NCBI GenBank assembly: GCA_019247775.1
Contig: JAFBAN010000248.1
Span: 97 to 64,096 of the forward strand
DNA from: Chitinophagaceae bacterium
GTDB taxonomy: Bacteria; Bacteroidota; Bacteroidia; Chitinophagales; Chitinophagaceae
DNA: 64,000 bases
Direction of reading: 5' to 3'
How positions within the stretch are numbered: the stretch's first letter is position 1; each line of letters opens with the position of its first letter. Positions 37,091 to 46,262 of the stretch are shown in pieces. Made by a program: the position numbers and the translations under genes. A model generated the notes under the pieces. The model did not search any database. It was not told the origin of the DNA and saw only the letters and a list, made by a program, of their open reading frames with translations.

Positions 37091-37237
37091 CCTCACCCCA
37101 ACCCTCTCCGCCAACACCTCACCCCAACCCTCTCCACCCGTGGAGAGGGAGTTTGAATATCATCTTTTGAAGAATATCATGTCCCCATGAAAATCTTTCT
37201 CCCCCTCTCCACTGGTGGAGAGGGGCCGGGGATGAGG
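37091..37237. repeat. ccctctcc/ggagaggg hairpin element
   Basis: 19-bp direct repeat cctcaccccaaccctctcc (37091, 37117) and hairpins at 37128-37149 and 37202-37225. Confidence 0.85.
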
Positions 37238-37280
37238 AGTAAAGCTGAGGGATGAAGAATGATTGGCAGCCAGGAACAAC

Positions 37281-37742
37281 TCACAACCCAAACTGCGCCA
37301 AATGATGCTTAGCATGTTTATGCAGCAAATGCACCTGCTGCTCATAATTGAGATCGCCGAACACCGGGTTTACCAATACCTTTTGAGGATCTGCGGCATA
37401 AACGGTAAACACATCTTCGAGTTCGGGCCGCAATTTTTCGATGGCTTCTTCCATGCCCGCATATTTATGCCGGCGGGGCTCCTCTGGCATCAGGGGCATT
37501 TTTGTGTTTTCCCGGAATGGGGCTTCCGAGAGCATGAAAGCCCTGGCTTTTTCGAGCACGGCCGGGTCGGTATTGATCAGTGGCAATACTATTTTCCCGT
37601 TGGCCACTTTGAAAGCATCGCGCATATGCTCCACCATTTGCTGGGCATCCATTTTGCCCCAGCGGCCCGGCTGGTGCGCCTGGAGCTGCCGCAGGAGGGG
37701 AATGTACTCGTGTTTGAGAAATTGTTCTTTTTCCTGTAGCAT
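37281..37742 (-). CDS. DinB-like/DUF1569-like protein
   Basis: WGKMDAQQMVEH, NPVFG and HAKHHLAQFG. ATG at 37742. Confidence 0.8.
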   Translation of the reverse strand: MLQEKEQFLKHEYIPLLRQLQAHQPGRWGKMDAQQMVEHMRDAFKVANGKIVLPLINTDPAVLEKARAFMLSEAPFRENTKMPLMPEEPRRHKYAGMEEAIEKLRPELEDVFTVYAADPQKVLVNPVFGDLNYEQQVHLLHKHAKHHLAQFGL

Positions 37743-37794
37743 ATGAATTGGTTCTGATCTTAAAGGTAGCGGATCGCCATTCTCCCCTGGGGAC

Positions 37795-37827
37795 AAAAAA
37801 ATCCCGCCAAAGAGACCGTGGCGGGAT
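37795..37827 (-). terminator. Intrinsic terminator downstream of adk
   Basis: Stem atcccgcca/tggcgggat with an adjacent A-run (U-tract on the minus strand). Confidence 0.7.
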
Positions 37828-37880
37828 AGCAGGTTGGTTATTGGTTGTAAAGAAACTCGTTAAGCAGTTAGCTGGTATAA

Positions 37881-38459
37881 TTAAGACAAACGCCGATCAA
37901 TTTCGCTGCAAAGGGATCTAAAAATCTCATCTACCGTTCCTTCACCCGGCACTTTCACTACTTTGCCGCTTTTATCGTAGTGTTCTGCCACCACTGAGGT
38001 CTTGTTCCTGTATTCGGTGATGCGGGCCCGGATCACCGATTCGTTGGTATCGTCGCTGCGGCCGCTGGTAAGTCCGCGGTTGAGCAGCCGGTTCACCAGC
38101 TCCTCTTCGCCCACTTCCAGTGCCAATACTACACCAATTTCGGTATTTTTCAAGCGCAATAATTTGTCCAGTGCCTCGCTTTGTGCCACGGTACGTGGAA
38201 AACCATCAAAGAGGAACCCCCTGGCCTGCGGGTGATTGTCCAGCGCAGAGCTGATCATCCCCACCACTACCTCGTCGGGCACCAGCTGCCCCCGGTCCAT
38301 AATACTTTTGGCTTCCAGCCCCAGCGGGGTCTGCCTGGCGATCTCGCTCCGCAGCAGGTCGCCGGTGGATAAATGCTTGAGCCCATAGGCCTGGATCAGC
38401 TTCTCACTTTGCGTGCCTTTGCCACTGCCCGGAGGTCCAAACAGGATAATATTAAACAT
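37881..38459 (-). CDS. adk: Adenylate kinase (short LID)
   Basis: GPPGSGKGTQ, HLSTGDLLR, FDGFPRT and GRSDD. -7 box at 38485-38492. Confidence 0.97.
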   Translation of the reverse strand: MFNIILFGPPGSGKGTQSEKLIQAYGLKHLSTGDLLRSEIARQTPLGLEAKSIMDRGQLVPDEVVVGMISSALDNHPQARGFLFDGFPRTVAQSEALDKLLRLKNTEIGVVLALEVGEEELVNRLLNRGLTSGRSDDTNESVIRARITEYRNKTSVVAEHYDKSGKVVKVPGEGTVDEIFRSLCSEIDRRLS

Positions 38460-38634
38460 GTACTTGCTAAACTTGCGTGAAGGGCAAATATAAAGGTTGG
38501 CCTTTAAAAAATGTTTAACATTTGATGAAAACCTTTGAAAACAGTGAATCGCAGCCTGTTCAGCGGCACCACATCGTTCCGAAGGGAAACTAATAGGCGA
38601 TAGCAAACGTATCTTTCAGCACAATTCCTCCCGG

Positions 38635-39177
38635 ATGAACAAAAAATGCCTGGCACTGGTTTTTTCAACCTTATTTCTGATCAATTGTTCTCCGAAAAAG
38701 ACGACAAACCCTATGGACAATTCAAAAAATAACCCCGTTTATTCCCGTACCGACAGCAGCAAGCTGGCGCTGAAGGATGAGGAATGGAAAAACATCCTTT
38801 CACCGGAAGTATACCATATCGCCCGCGAAAAAGGTACGGAACGGCCATTCTCCAGCAAGTTCGAAACTTCCAAAGAGATCGGTACCTACTACTGCACGGC
38901 CTGCGGCAATCCCTTATTCAAAAGCGACACAAAATTCGAAAGCGGCTGCGGGTGGCCGAGCTTTTATGAGCCGGTTTCGAAAAGTTCGGTTATCTATATC
39001 CCCGATAATTCGCACGGCATGCGCCGTACCGAAGTGGAATGCGGCCGCTGTAAAGCCCATCTCGGACATGTATTCGAAGATGGCCCGCCGCCTACCGGCT
39101 TACGCTATTGCATCAATGGCGTAGTGCTGGATTTTGAAAAAGCGAAGGAAGCGGAGAAGAAGTTTGAGGGGAAATAA
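38635..39177 (+). CDS. msrB: Methionine-R-sulfoxide reductase with lipoprotein signal
   Basis: [28 protein letters not shown] and RYCING. Signal ends LINC. Confidence 0.95.
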   Translation: MNKKCLALVFSTLFLINCSPKKTTNPMDNSKNNPVYSRTDSSKLALKDEEWKNILSPEVYHIAREKGTERPFSSKFETSKEIGTYYCTACGNPLFKSDTKFESGCGWPSFYEPVSKSSVIYIPDNSHGMRRTEVECGRCKAHLGHVFEDGPPPTGLRYCINGVVLDFEKAKEAEKKFEGK

Positions 39178-39228
39178 GAATAAGAAACTCCGGCCTTAAT
39201 CGCGCCTCTGGAGTGCAGCCTAAAAATG

Positions 39229-39314
39229 GCTTCGCTAAGAGCTTAAGAAGAAAAGAAGGGTTACAGGAGGACGACTCCTATACTCCTTTGCTCTTATCCA
39301 CTCTTAGCAAAACG
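39229..39314. repeat. Palindromic module B
   Basis: cttcgctaagag...ctcttagcaaaac. The right arm lies inside the 3' end of the DUF5690-like gene. Confidence 0.8.
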
Positions 39315-40567
39315 CCTTTTCTGGCAAAATAGAGTGCGGAGAAAACAGAAATGATCAATCCGAGCACCGAGAGAATGATCACACTGTTGGAAAAGAACTG
39401 CACCCAGTTCAACCTGACCTTGAATATTTCCTTGCTCAGCAGCACACCTACGCTTCCCATATACCCGAACGAATCTGCCAGGTAGATCAGGAATCCGACA
39501 TTGCCGGTAAAGCGGAAGGCGGCGATAAATCTTTCGAAGAAAACGGAGTTGAAGGGAATGTAGACCATGTACAAACCCAATCCTACCGCTGTCATCCACC
39601 ACACCGGCGGTAATTGATGCTGCAAAAAAAGGAAAGTGGATAAGCCGGCGATAACAAATCCCGCGGCAATGAAAACATGGGCCAGCATGAACGCTTTGTA
39701 ACTGTTGCGGATCAGTACCATGCTGCCGATCAGTACAAGCACCACCAATGTGATCGGCGTTTCGGTAGTGGAGAAAATTGCGGGCTGGTTCAGATAGCCC
39801 AGCTCCTTCCACATATCGGCGCTGAAATTATCGCGGATATCCCGGAAGATAGTGGCGAAACTGTAGATCAGGATGCAGGCGGCCAGGCCGGGAAGGAATT
39901 GCTTCAGCATTTTTCTCCGTTCTGCTGCAAGCATTGGGGAGCGGTTCATTCTCGCTGCCTCGTCTGCCGCATCGGGTGGCGGGATCCGCTCCATCAGCCA
40001 GGTGAAGAACAACAGCGGAAGCGCAAATACGAGTCCGGTCACAAATGGCACCCAGAACTCAGACAGATGAAATTGCAGCAATAACCAACCGCCCACCGAT
40101 TTCACAAAACCCGAAGAAAAAATAAAACTTACTGCCAGCGCTGCCCCGATAAAATCGGTACTGCGTCTTCCTTCGATATACGAGAATACAACACCCCATA
40201 GCATGCCCAGCGGAAAACCGTTGATGAAAAGGAATACTGCATTATAAGGCGCAGGCACCAAAGCAAAACAAAGCCAGGCCAGCCAGGAAATGGCTACCAG
40301 CAGCAAGATGATCTTATGCCTGCCCAAACGTTTTAACTCCGAAATAAACTTGATGCCATAGAATTTCGCAAGCAGGTAACCGATCATCTGGCTGAGCACC
40401 AGAATGGTTTTATAATTCAATCCCGAGTACCGCATTCCATCGAATGTGCAGACAGTATACGATTTGCGGAAACCGAAGATCATCGTATAGGTCAGAAAAG
40501 CCGCCACCGCAGCATAGAGGCCGGTCTGCAGGGAATTTCCTTTGTAAAAACCTTTTGGGAAGGGCAT
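39278..40567 (-). CDS. DUF5690-like membrane transporter
   Basis: About 12 TM segments with FGFRKSY, YLEGRR-like, FRDIRDNF and YLADSFGY motifs. Confidence 0.8.
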   Translation of the reverse strand: MPFPKGFYKGNSLQTGLYAAVAAFLTYTMIFGFRKSYTVCTFDGMRYSGLNYKTILVLSQMIGYLLAKFYGIKFISELKRLGRHKIILLLVAISWLAWLCFALVPAPYNAVFLFINGFPLGMLWGVVFSYIEGRRSTDFIGAALAVSFIFSSGFVKSVGGWLLLQFHLSEFWVPFVTGLVFALPLLFFTWLMERIPPPDAADEAARMNRSPMLAAERRKMLKQFLPGLAACILIYSFATIFRDIRDNFSADMWKELGYLNQPAIFSTTETPITLVVLVLIGSMVLIRNSYKAFMLAHVFIAAGFVIAGLSTFLFLQHQLPPVWWMTAVGLGLYMVYIPFNSVFFERFIAAFRFTGNVGFLIYLADSFGYMGSVGVLLSKEIFKVRLNWVQFFSNSVIILSVLGLIISVFSALYFARKGVLLRVDKSKGV

Positions 40568-40584
40568 GGGGGTAAATATAAGGA

Positions 40585-40677
40585 AGTCTGGAGTCTGGAG
40601 TTAGGAGTCTGGAGTAGGTTTGAGCTCCTGTTCGGTTCCTTGTTCTTCTGTTCCTTGTTCACCTGTTCCTTGTTCCT
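40585..40677. repeat. Heptamer repeats (agtctgg; tgttcct)
   Basis: agtctgg agtctgg agttagg agtctgg is the reverse complement of the 6502-6525 unit, followed by cttgttc-type units. Confidence 0.8.
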
Positions 40678-40710
40678 TTTGCGTACTTTTGCGGCTGAAC
40701 GGATTGGAGT

Positions 40711-41976
40711 ATGAGTCAAACACAACTTAGTCAGCTTGCGGGCAGCCTGGTGGGCAGCGAGATCGTAAAATTGGGCAATGCCATCAGCGAGCGGATCCGC
40801 AACGGGGAAAAGATCTATAACCTGACCATCGGTGATTTCGATCCTACCATATTTCCGATACCGGCAAAACTGGAAGAGTTTATCATCGATGCCTATCGCC
40901 GGCATTTTACCAGCTATCCATCTGCCGAGGGCATACTGGACCTGCGCACATCTGTAAGCAGATTTATCAAGGAATGGGAGGGACTCGATTATGCGCCCAG
41001 CGAGATCCAGATCGCTTCGGGTGGAAGGCCGCTGATCTATACCATCTTCAAGGCCATCGTTGACAAAGGCGATAAAGTGATCTACGGCGTGCCGTCATGG
41101 AACAATAACCATTATGTTCATCTCACCGACGGGCAACATTGTGTGATCGATTGCAAAGCCGAAAATCATTTCATGCCTACCGCAGATGATATCAGGCAGC
41201 ATATCAAAGGGGCTACCCTGATCTGTCTCTGCACACCCCAGAACCCCACCGGTACCACCCTTACAAAAGACACGCTCGCGGAGATCTGCGACCTGGTGAT
41301 CGAAGAAAATAAACGCCGCGGCGAGAACGAAAAGAAGCTGTACGTCATGTTCGACCAGATGTACTGGACCCTCACATTCGGCGATACCGTTCATTATGAT
41401 CCGATCTCCCTCCGGCCTGAAATGAAAGCATACACCATCTTTGTCGATGGTATTTCCAAAGTATTCGCCGCTACCGGTGTGCGCGTGGGCTGGTCGCTGG
41501 GCCCGGAAACAGTGATCGCCAAAATGAAAGCATTGCTGAGCCATCTGGGCGCTTGGGCGCCGATGGCAGAACAGAAAGCTGTTGCAAAATATTTACTGCA
41601 AACCGAAGATATCCGTCAATACCTCACACAGTTCAAGGCAGCACTCGCGGAAAGACTGCAGCGCATCCATGCCGGGTTCATCGCCCTGAAACAAAAAGGC
41701 TACCAGGTAGATTCAGTGGCGCCGCAGGCTGCGATCTATCTCACTATCCAGTTTAACCTGCTGGGCAAGAACACTGCCGATGGCAAAACACTGGCCACGC
41801 AACAGGAGGTAACTTCTTATATTTTATCTGAAGCCAAACTGGCCGTTGTACCTTTCTCCGCATTCGGCGCCGGCGCAAAAAGTACCTGGTACCGGCTGAG
41901 TGTTGGCACCTGCAAAAAAGAAGAGATCCCCGAAATGCTTTCCAAGCTGGAAACAGCCCTCTCCAAACTCCAATAG
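40711..41976 (+). CDS. PLP-dependent aminotransferase class I/II (aspartate aminotransferase-like)
   Basis: LTIGDFD, PQNPTG, FDQMY and DGISKVFAATGVRVGW. -7 box at 40684-40691. Confidence 0.9.
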   Translation: MSQTQLSQLAGSLVGSEIVKLGNAISERIRNGEKIYNLTIGDFDPTIFPIPAKLEEFIIDAYRRHFTSYPSAEGILDLRTSVSRFIKEWEGLDYAPSEIQIASGGRPLIYTIFKAIVDKGDKVIYGVPSWNNNHYVHLTDGQHCVIDCKAENHFMPTADDIRQHIKGATLICLCTPQNPTGTTLTKDTLAEICDLVIEENKRRGENEKKLYVMFDQMYWTLTFGDTVHYDPISLRPEMKAYTIFVDGISKVFAATGVRVGWSLGPETVIAKMKALLSHLGAWAPMAEQKAVAKYLLQTEDIRQYLTQFKAALAERLQRIHAGFIALKQKGYQVDSVAPQAAIYLTIQFNLLGKNTADGKTLATQQEVTSYILSEAKLAVVPFSAFGAGAKSTWYRLSVGTCKKEEIPEMLSKLETALSKLQ

Positions 41977-42152
41977 CTTTCTTCTTTACTTTTTCCCTTC
42001 GTTTTTCTTTTATTGAACTGCGAGCCTGCACTTTGATGCATTCTGTCTACGGGTGCGCCGTTAAATGTTTCGCTAAGAGATCAAGGAGAAAAAGAGGTAA
42101 CAGGAGGATTTTCTCCTAAGCTCCTTCGCTCTTATCCCCTCCTAGCGAAACT
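41977..42152. repeat. Mosaic palindromic element (half A plus B)
   Basis: cttcgtttttcttttattgaac followed by gtttcgctaagag...ctcctagcgaaac. Confidence 0.8.
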
Positions 42153-42192
42153 GCATGCACTATCCGCTAGCAGCATTTTTTCGGAGGCAAAA

Positions 42193-42438
42193 TCAATTCT
42201 TGTTGCTTGTAAAAAGGAATGCTTTCGGAGCGCGGAGTCCGGCCTGGATAAGATGCGGTTTGCGGATGATCCGGCGGCGGTTGATATCGATCAGTTCGTG
42301 GGCGGTACAGAAATTTTCCCAGTTCTCCACATGGTACAGCAGTGCATTGAGCAGGCTGATCTGACGGTCCAGTTCCCTGGCATTCAGGTTCGCATTTTTG
42401 CCAGGCAGGAGCAGGTCTCTGTTCAGATCGGGTACCAT
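42193..42438 (-). CDS. Small hypothetical protein (81 aa)
   Basis: Sits between the repeat and the small lipoprotein, co-oriented with it; no overlap with the other called genes. Confidence 0.65.
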   Translation of the reverse strand: MVPDLNRDLLLPGKNANLNARELDRQISLLNALLYHVENWENFCTAHELIDINRRRIIRKPHLIQAGLRAPKAFLFTSNKN

Positions 42439-42454
42439 CCGGTTAGGGGTTCAA

Positions 42455-42580
42455 CTATTTATGATTAGGACAACCACAAAATTGCGTGCCATTGCTTTTT
42501 TTGAAAATACCGCAGGATGTGGTACTTATCGCCGCCAGCAACAACAAAAGAACAAGGATTTGGTTTATTTTCGATTTCAT
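42455..42580 (-). CDS. 41-aa lipoprotein MKSKINQILVLLLLLAAISTTSCGIFKKSNGTQFCGCPNHK (not in the ORF track)
   Basis: Basic N-terminus, hydrophobic core, lipobox TTSC and C-terminal CGCP. Confidence 0.7.
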   Translation of the reverse strand: MKSKINQILVLLLLLAAISTTSCGIFKKSNGTQFCGCPNHK

Positions 42581-42629
42581 CGGATTCTAAAGTACAGAAT
42601 TAGGATGTTTCAACCCCTAAACGCAGCCA

Positions 42630-43715
42630 TTGTCCGGGAATTTTAACATACGCAACGTACTCGTAGCCCCGCTCGATTGGGGCCTGGGCCATGCCACCCG
42701 CTGTATTCCCCTGATCCGGGCCCTGCTGGAGAACGGGATGAACGTGATACTCGCTGCCGAAGACGCCCAGCAGAAGCTGCTGTTACAGGAATTCCCCGCG
42801 CTAACCTGCCTGCCATTATTCGGTTACCGGGTCATCTACAGCCAGAGCGGACCCGGGCTTCCATTCGTGGTATTGCGCCAGGCGCCGCGGCTGCTGGGGC
42901 TTATCCGCAAAGAGCATGCATGGCTCGATAAAGCGATCGGCGAGCACCAGATAGATCTTGTGATCTCTGACAACCGGTATGGATTGCATACCAGAAAAGT
43001 TCCCTGCGTTTTCATCACGCACCAGCTGATCATCAAAGCTCCCTTCCCCTGGCTGGAAAAATTATTGAGGCGGATCAATTACCGTTTCATTAACCGGTTC
43101 AGCGCCTGCTGGGTACCCGATGCCGGTGGCGAGGATAACCTCGCCGGTAAACTTTCCCATCCAAAACGATTGCCGCGCACCCCGGTTTCCTATATCGGCC
43201 TGCTGGCAAGGTTTGATGCACAGCAAAAGCCTGCAGAACACGATTTCTGCATCCTGCTTTCAGGACCTGAACCGCAGCGCACATTGCTGGAAGAAAAACT
43301 GATGGCGGGACTGGCAGGCATCAACGGAAAAATCTTACTGGTACGCGGTAAGCCCGGATCTGCCGAAGTGATCGAGGCGCCACAGCAGGTAGCGGTATTC
43401 AATCACCTGCCCACACAGGAACTGCAGGAGCATGTGCAGAAAAGCCGTTTCGTGGTAAGCCGCAGCGGGTACACGACTGTAATGGAGTTGATGCGGATGG
43501 GGAAAAAAGCGATCCTCATTCCAACTCCCGGCCAGACTGAACAGGAGTACCTGGCGGCAAGGCTGGAATACCTCAATTATTGTTTCACCGTTACGCAGGA
43601 CGAGCTGGATGTACCCAAACATTTCGCTGCTGCAGCGCGGTTCCAGTATCAATTACCTGAATTACCGGTGTTCTCGGCCGATCTTATCCCCGGGTTATTA
43701 AACCCGCTCACCTGA
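42630..43715 (+). CDS. Glycosyltransferase (GT28 C-terminal-like)
   Basis: LDWGLGHATRCIP, SDNRYG, SGPEPQR, SRSGYTT and IPTPGQTEQEYLA. TTG start. Confidence 0.88.
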   Translation: MSGNFNIRNVLVAPLDWGLGHATRCIPLIRALLENGMNVILAAEDAQQKLLLQEFPALTCLPLFGYRVIYSQSGPGLPFVVLRQAPRLLGLIRKEHAWLDKAIGEHQIDLVISDNRYGLHTRKVPCVFITHQLIIKAPFPWLEKLLRRINYRFINRFSACWVPDAGGEDNLAGKLSHPKRLPRTPVSYIGLLARFDAQQKPAEHDFCILLSGPEPQRTLLEEKLMAGLAGINGKILLVRGKPGSAEVIEAPQQVAVFNHLPTQELQEHVQKSRFVVSRSGYTTVMELMRMGKKAILIPTPGQTEQEYLAARLEYLNYCFTVTQDELDVPKHFAAAARFQYQLPELPVFSADLIPGLLNPLT

Positions 43716-43743
43716 TATTACCTGTTCACTATTTTTACGCCAG

Positions 43744-44649
43744 ATGACGAACAGCAGCAAAGCACATGCGGCAGTACTTGGCGCCAACCTGATCTTCGGC
43801 GCCAATTATGCGATCGTAAAATATATCACTCCCGGAGCCATCCGGCCCTTTGCGCTTAATGTGGTGCGCATACTGGTGAGTCTTGTTCTGTTCTGGTTCC
43901 TTTTTTTATTCAAGCCCGGCAAAAATCCGATCCGGCGTCGTCATATTCCGCGGTTTGTGATCTGTGCACTTACCGGTGTTGTCATCAACCAGTTGCTGTT
44001 CATCAAAGGCCTCTCGCTTACGACCTCGATACACAGTTCTTTGCTATCGCTCGCCACACCGATCTTCATTACCATCATCGCCGCCTGGCTGCTGCGTGAA
44101 GGTTTTACCTTGACAAAAGCGGCAGGTCTGGTATGCGGTATCGGCGGAGCGTCACTGCTGGTATTGCTGAAAGACAGCACGCATACGGGATCGGATATCC
44201 TGCTCGGCGATATCCTTGTATTGATCAATGCGATCTCTTATTCATTTTACCTGGTACTGGTAAGGCCGTTAATGGCAGCTTATAGCGGTATCCAGGTATT
44301 ACGCTGGGTGTTCAGTATCGGCGCGCTGATCATTATTCCGGTGGGTTGGAGCGAATTCGCGACCACTGATTGGACCGCATTCAATACTTCACAGTGGATC
44401 TGCCTGGGCTTTGTAGCGATCGGCGCAACCTTCGTTGCTTACTTACTGAACGTGTATGGCATTTCGGTGATCGGCGCATCGGCTACCGGAGCGTATATCT
44501 ACACGCAGCCTGTGTTTGCCGCAGCCATTGCCGTAGCGTTTGCGGGCGAACATTTCAGTTTCATTAAACTGGTTGCCGCAGTGCTGATATTTACGGGCGT
44601 CTATCTTGTGAATAAAAAGAAAGCAGCACCCGCTCAGCTTTTGGGGTAG
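43744..44649 (+). CDS. EamA/DMT family transporter
   Basis: 10 TM segments in two repeats, with YIYTQPV. Confidence 0.9.
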   Translation: MTNSSKAHAAVLGANLIFGANYAIVKYITPGAIRPFALNVVRILVSLVLFWFLFLFKPGKNPIRRRHIPRFVICALTGVVINQLLFIKGLSLTTSIHSSLLSLATPIFITIIAAWLLREGFTLTKAAGLVCGIGGASLLVLLKDSTHTGSDILLGDILVLINAISYSFYLVLVRPLMAAYSGIQVLRWVFSIGALIIIPVGWSEFATTDWTAFNTSQWICLGFVAIGATFVAYLLNVYGISVIGASATGAYIYTQPVFAAAIAVAFAGEHFSFIKLVAAVLIFTGVYLVNKKKAAPAQLLG

Positions 44650-45122
44650 TCGAAGAACCAGAAATCCTTTACGGCATCGCGGAAATCCTTCCAGTGTTTG
44701 ATATCCGCTTTTACGGCAAACACGGCGCAGGTAGGCATATTGTCGATCTGGGCCTGGCTAAGCATATTCACAAACGCCGTGATACCCGGATTATGCGAAA
44801 AAATGGCCGCAGTTTTAATGGAGTCGTCGAGCTTATCGATCAATTCAAAAAACACGGCCGGCATGGCATGGTACAATTCTTTGCGCTGGTCGATGTCTTT
44901 TTTATGGACTCCGTATTCTTTCGCAAAATAAACTGCGGTTGTCAGCGCACGGTTGGCCGGGCTGGAGATGAAAGCATCTATCTGCAGATCCGATTTCCTG
45001 AGTCTTTCCGCCATCATCGGCGCATCGCGGTGGCCGCGGTCGTTCAACGGACGCTCGAAATCCTCCTGCCCCGTAAGGGCCCAGCTGCTTTTTGCGTGAC
45101 GTATCATCAGCACTCGCTTCAT
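44634..45122 (-). CDS. SixA-type histidine phosphatase
   Basis: RHAKSSW, RPLNDRG, SSPANRA, HNPG and MPTC. Confidence 0.92.
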   Translation of the reverse strand: MKRVLMIRHAKSSWALTGQEDFERPLNDRGHRDAPMMAERLRKSDLQIDAFISSPANRALTTAVYFAKEYGVHKKDIDQRKELYHAMPAVFFELIDKLDDSIKTAAIFSHNPGITAFVNMLSQAQIDNMPTCAVFAVKADIKHWKDFRDAVKDFWFFDYPKS

Positions 45123-45161
45123 GGTCAAAAGTTACAAAAAACTCCGCTTACATTTGCAGAC

Positions 45162-46262
45162 ATGGCGATCACCCGGCTTACGATACAGGAATTTCTGCAA
45201 CTGTCTAAACAGCATCCCGTGCTGGACGTCCGAAGTCCGGGCGAATTCAAACACGCCTGCATCCCCGGCGCATACAGCCTGCCTTTGTTCACCGACGAAG
45301 AAAGAAAAATAGTAGGCACGGCTTATAAACAGGAAAGCCAGCAAAAAGCCATCAAACTCGGACTCGATTTTTTCGGATCGAAGATGGTGAAGATGGTGGA
45401 AGAAGCAGAAACGATCTGCAAAACTTTTTATCCAAAGGATCAGCCGCAAGCTGCGGTGCTGGTGCATTGCTGGCGGGGCGGCATGCGCAGCGCAGGTGTT
45501 GCCTGGCTGCTGGATCTGTACGGCTTCAAAGTGTACACGCTGGCCGGTGGTTATAAAGTGTACCGGAAATGGGTGTTGCAGCAGTTCGAGAATGAATATC
45601 CTTTGCAGGTGGTTGGCGGCTACACCGGCAGCGGCAAATCGGAACTGCTGCATGAACTGCGCAAAAAAGGCGCCTGCGTGATCGATCTCGAAACGATAGC
45701 GGCACATAAAGGTTCAGCATTTGGTAATCTCGGCATGCCGCCGCAACCCACACAGGAAATGTTCGAGAACCTGCTGGCGCAGCAACTCAGCGAACATTAC
45801 GGCAACGATGCAGCGGACCAGCTGATCTGGATAGAAGATGAAAGCCAACGCATCGGTGAAGTAAATATCCCTTCGGTATTCTTCCGGCAGATGCGCCGGA
45901 AACCTTTATTCTTCCTGAATATCCCATTCGAAGAAAGGCTGGATTTCATTACGGGCCACTATGGAAATTTTGAGCGCGACAAGCTTATCAACGCCATCAT
46001 CCGCATCAGCAAACGTCTTGGCGGACTGGAAACAAAGACCGCTATAAACCATCTGCTCGAAAACAATATCCGCGCCTGCTTTGGCGTGCTGCTCCATTAC
46101 TATGATAAATTTTACCTTAAAAGCCTGCAGAACAACCGCGAGGATTTTGCAAAGCTGTTCCAGAAAGTGGAGGTAGAAACGGTATCTGCGGAGATCAATT
46201 CAAAAAAACTTGCCGAGCTGGCAATGCAGCAGCGTTCTATGTCTTCAGCCAGTCCAGAATAG
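45162..46262 (+). CDS. mnmH: tRNA 2-selenouridine(34) synthase
   Basis: Rhodanese domain DVRSPGEF and HCWRGGMRS, P-loop GYTGSGKS, HKGSAFG, and WIEDESQRIG. -7 box at 45149-45156. Confidence 0.93.
   Translation: MAITRLTIQEFLQLSKQHPVLDVRSPGEFKHACIPGAYSLPLFTDEERKIVGTAYKQESQQKAIKLGLDFFGSKMVKMVEEAETICKTFYPKDQPQAAVLVHCWRGGMRSAGVAWLLDLYGFKVYTLAGGYKVYRKWVLQQFENEYPLQVVGGYTGSGKSELLHELRKKGACVIDLETIAAHKGSAFGNLGMPPQPTQEMFENLLAQQLSEHYGNDAADQLIWIEDESQRIGEVNIPSVFFRQMRRKPLFFLNIPFEERLDFITGHYGNFERDKLINAIIRISKRLGGLETKTAINHLLENNIRACFGVLLHYYDKFYLKSLQNNREDFAKLFQKVEVETVSAEINSKKLAELAMQQRSMSSASPE

Noticed and set aside
44694-45161. N-terminal extension of mnmH in the track (likewise for gmk, lysS, rlmD, metF, adk and pxpC)
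   Set aside because: The extensions overlap neighbouring genes or repeats. Homology motifs and -7 boxes point to the inner starts.
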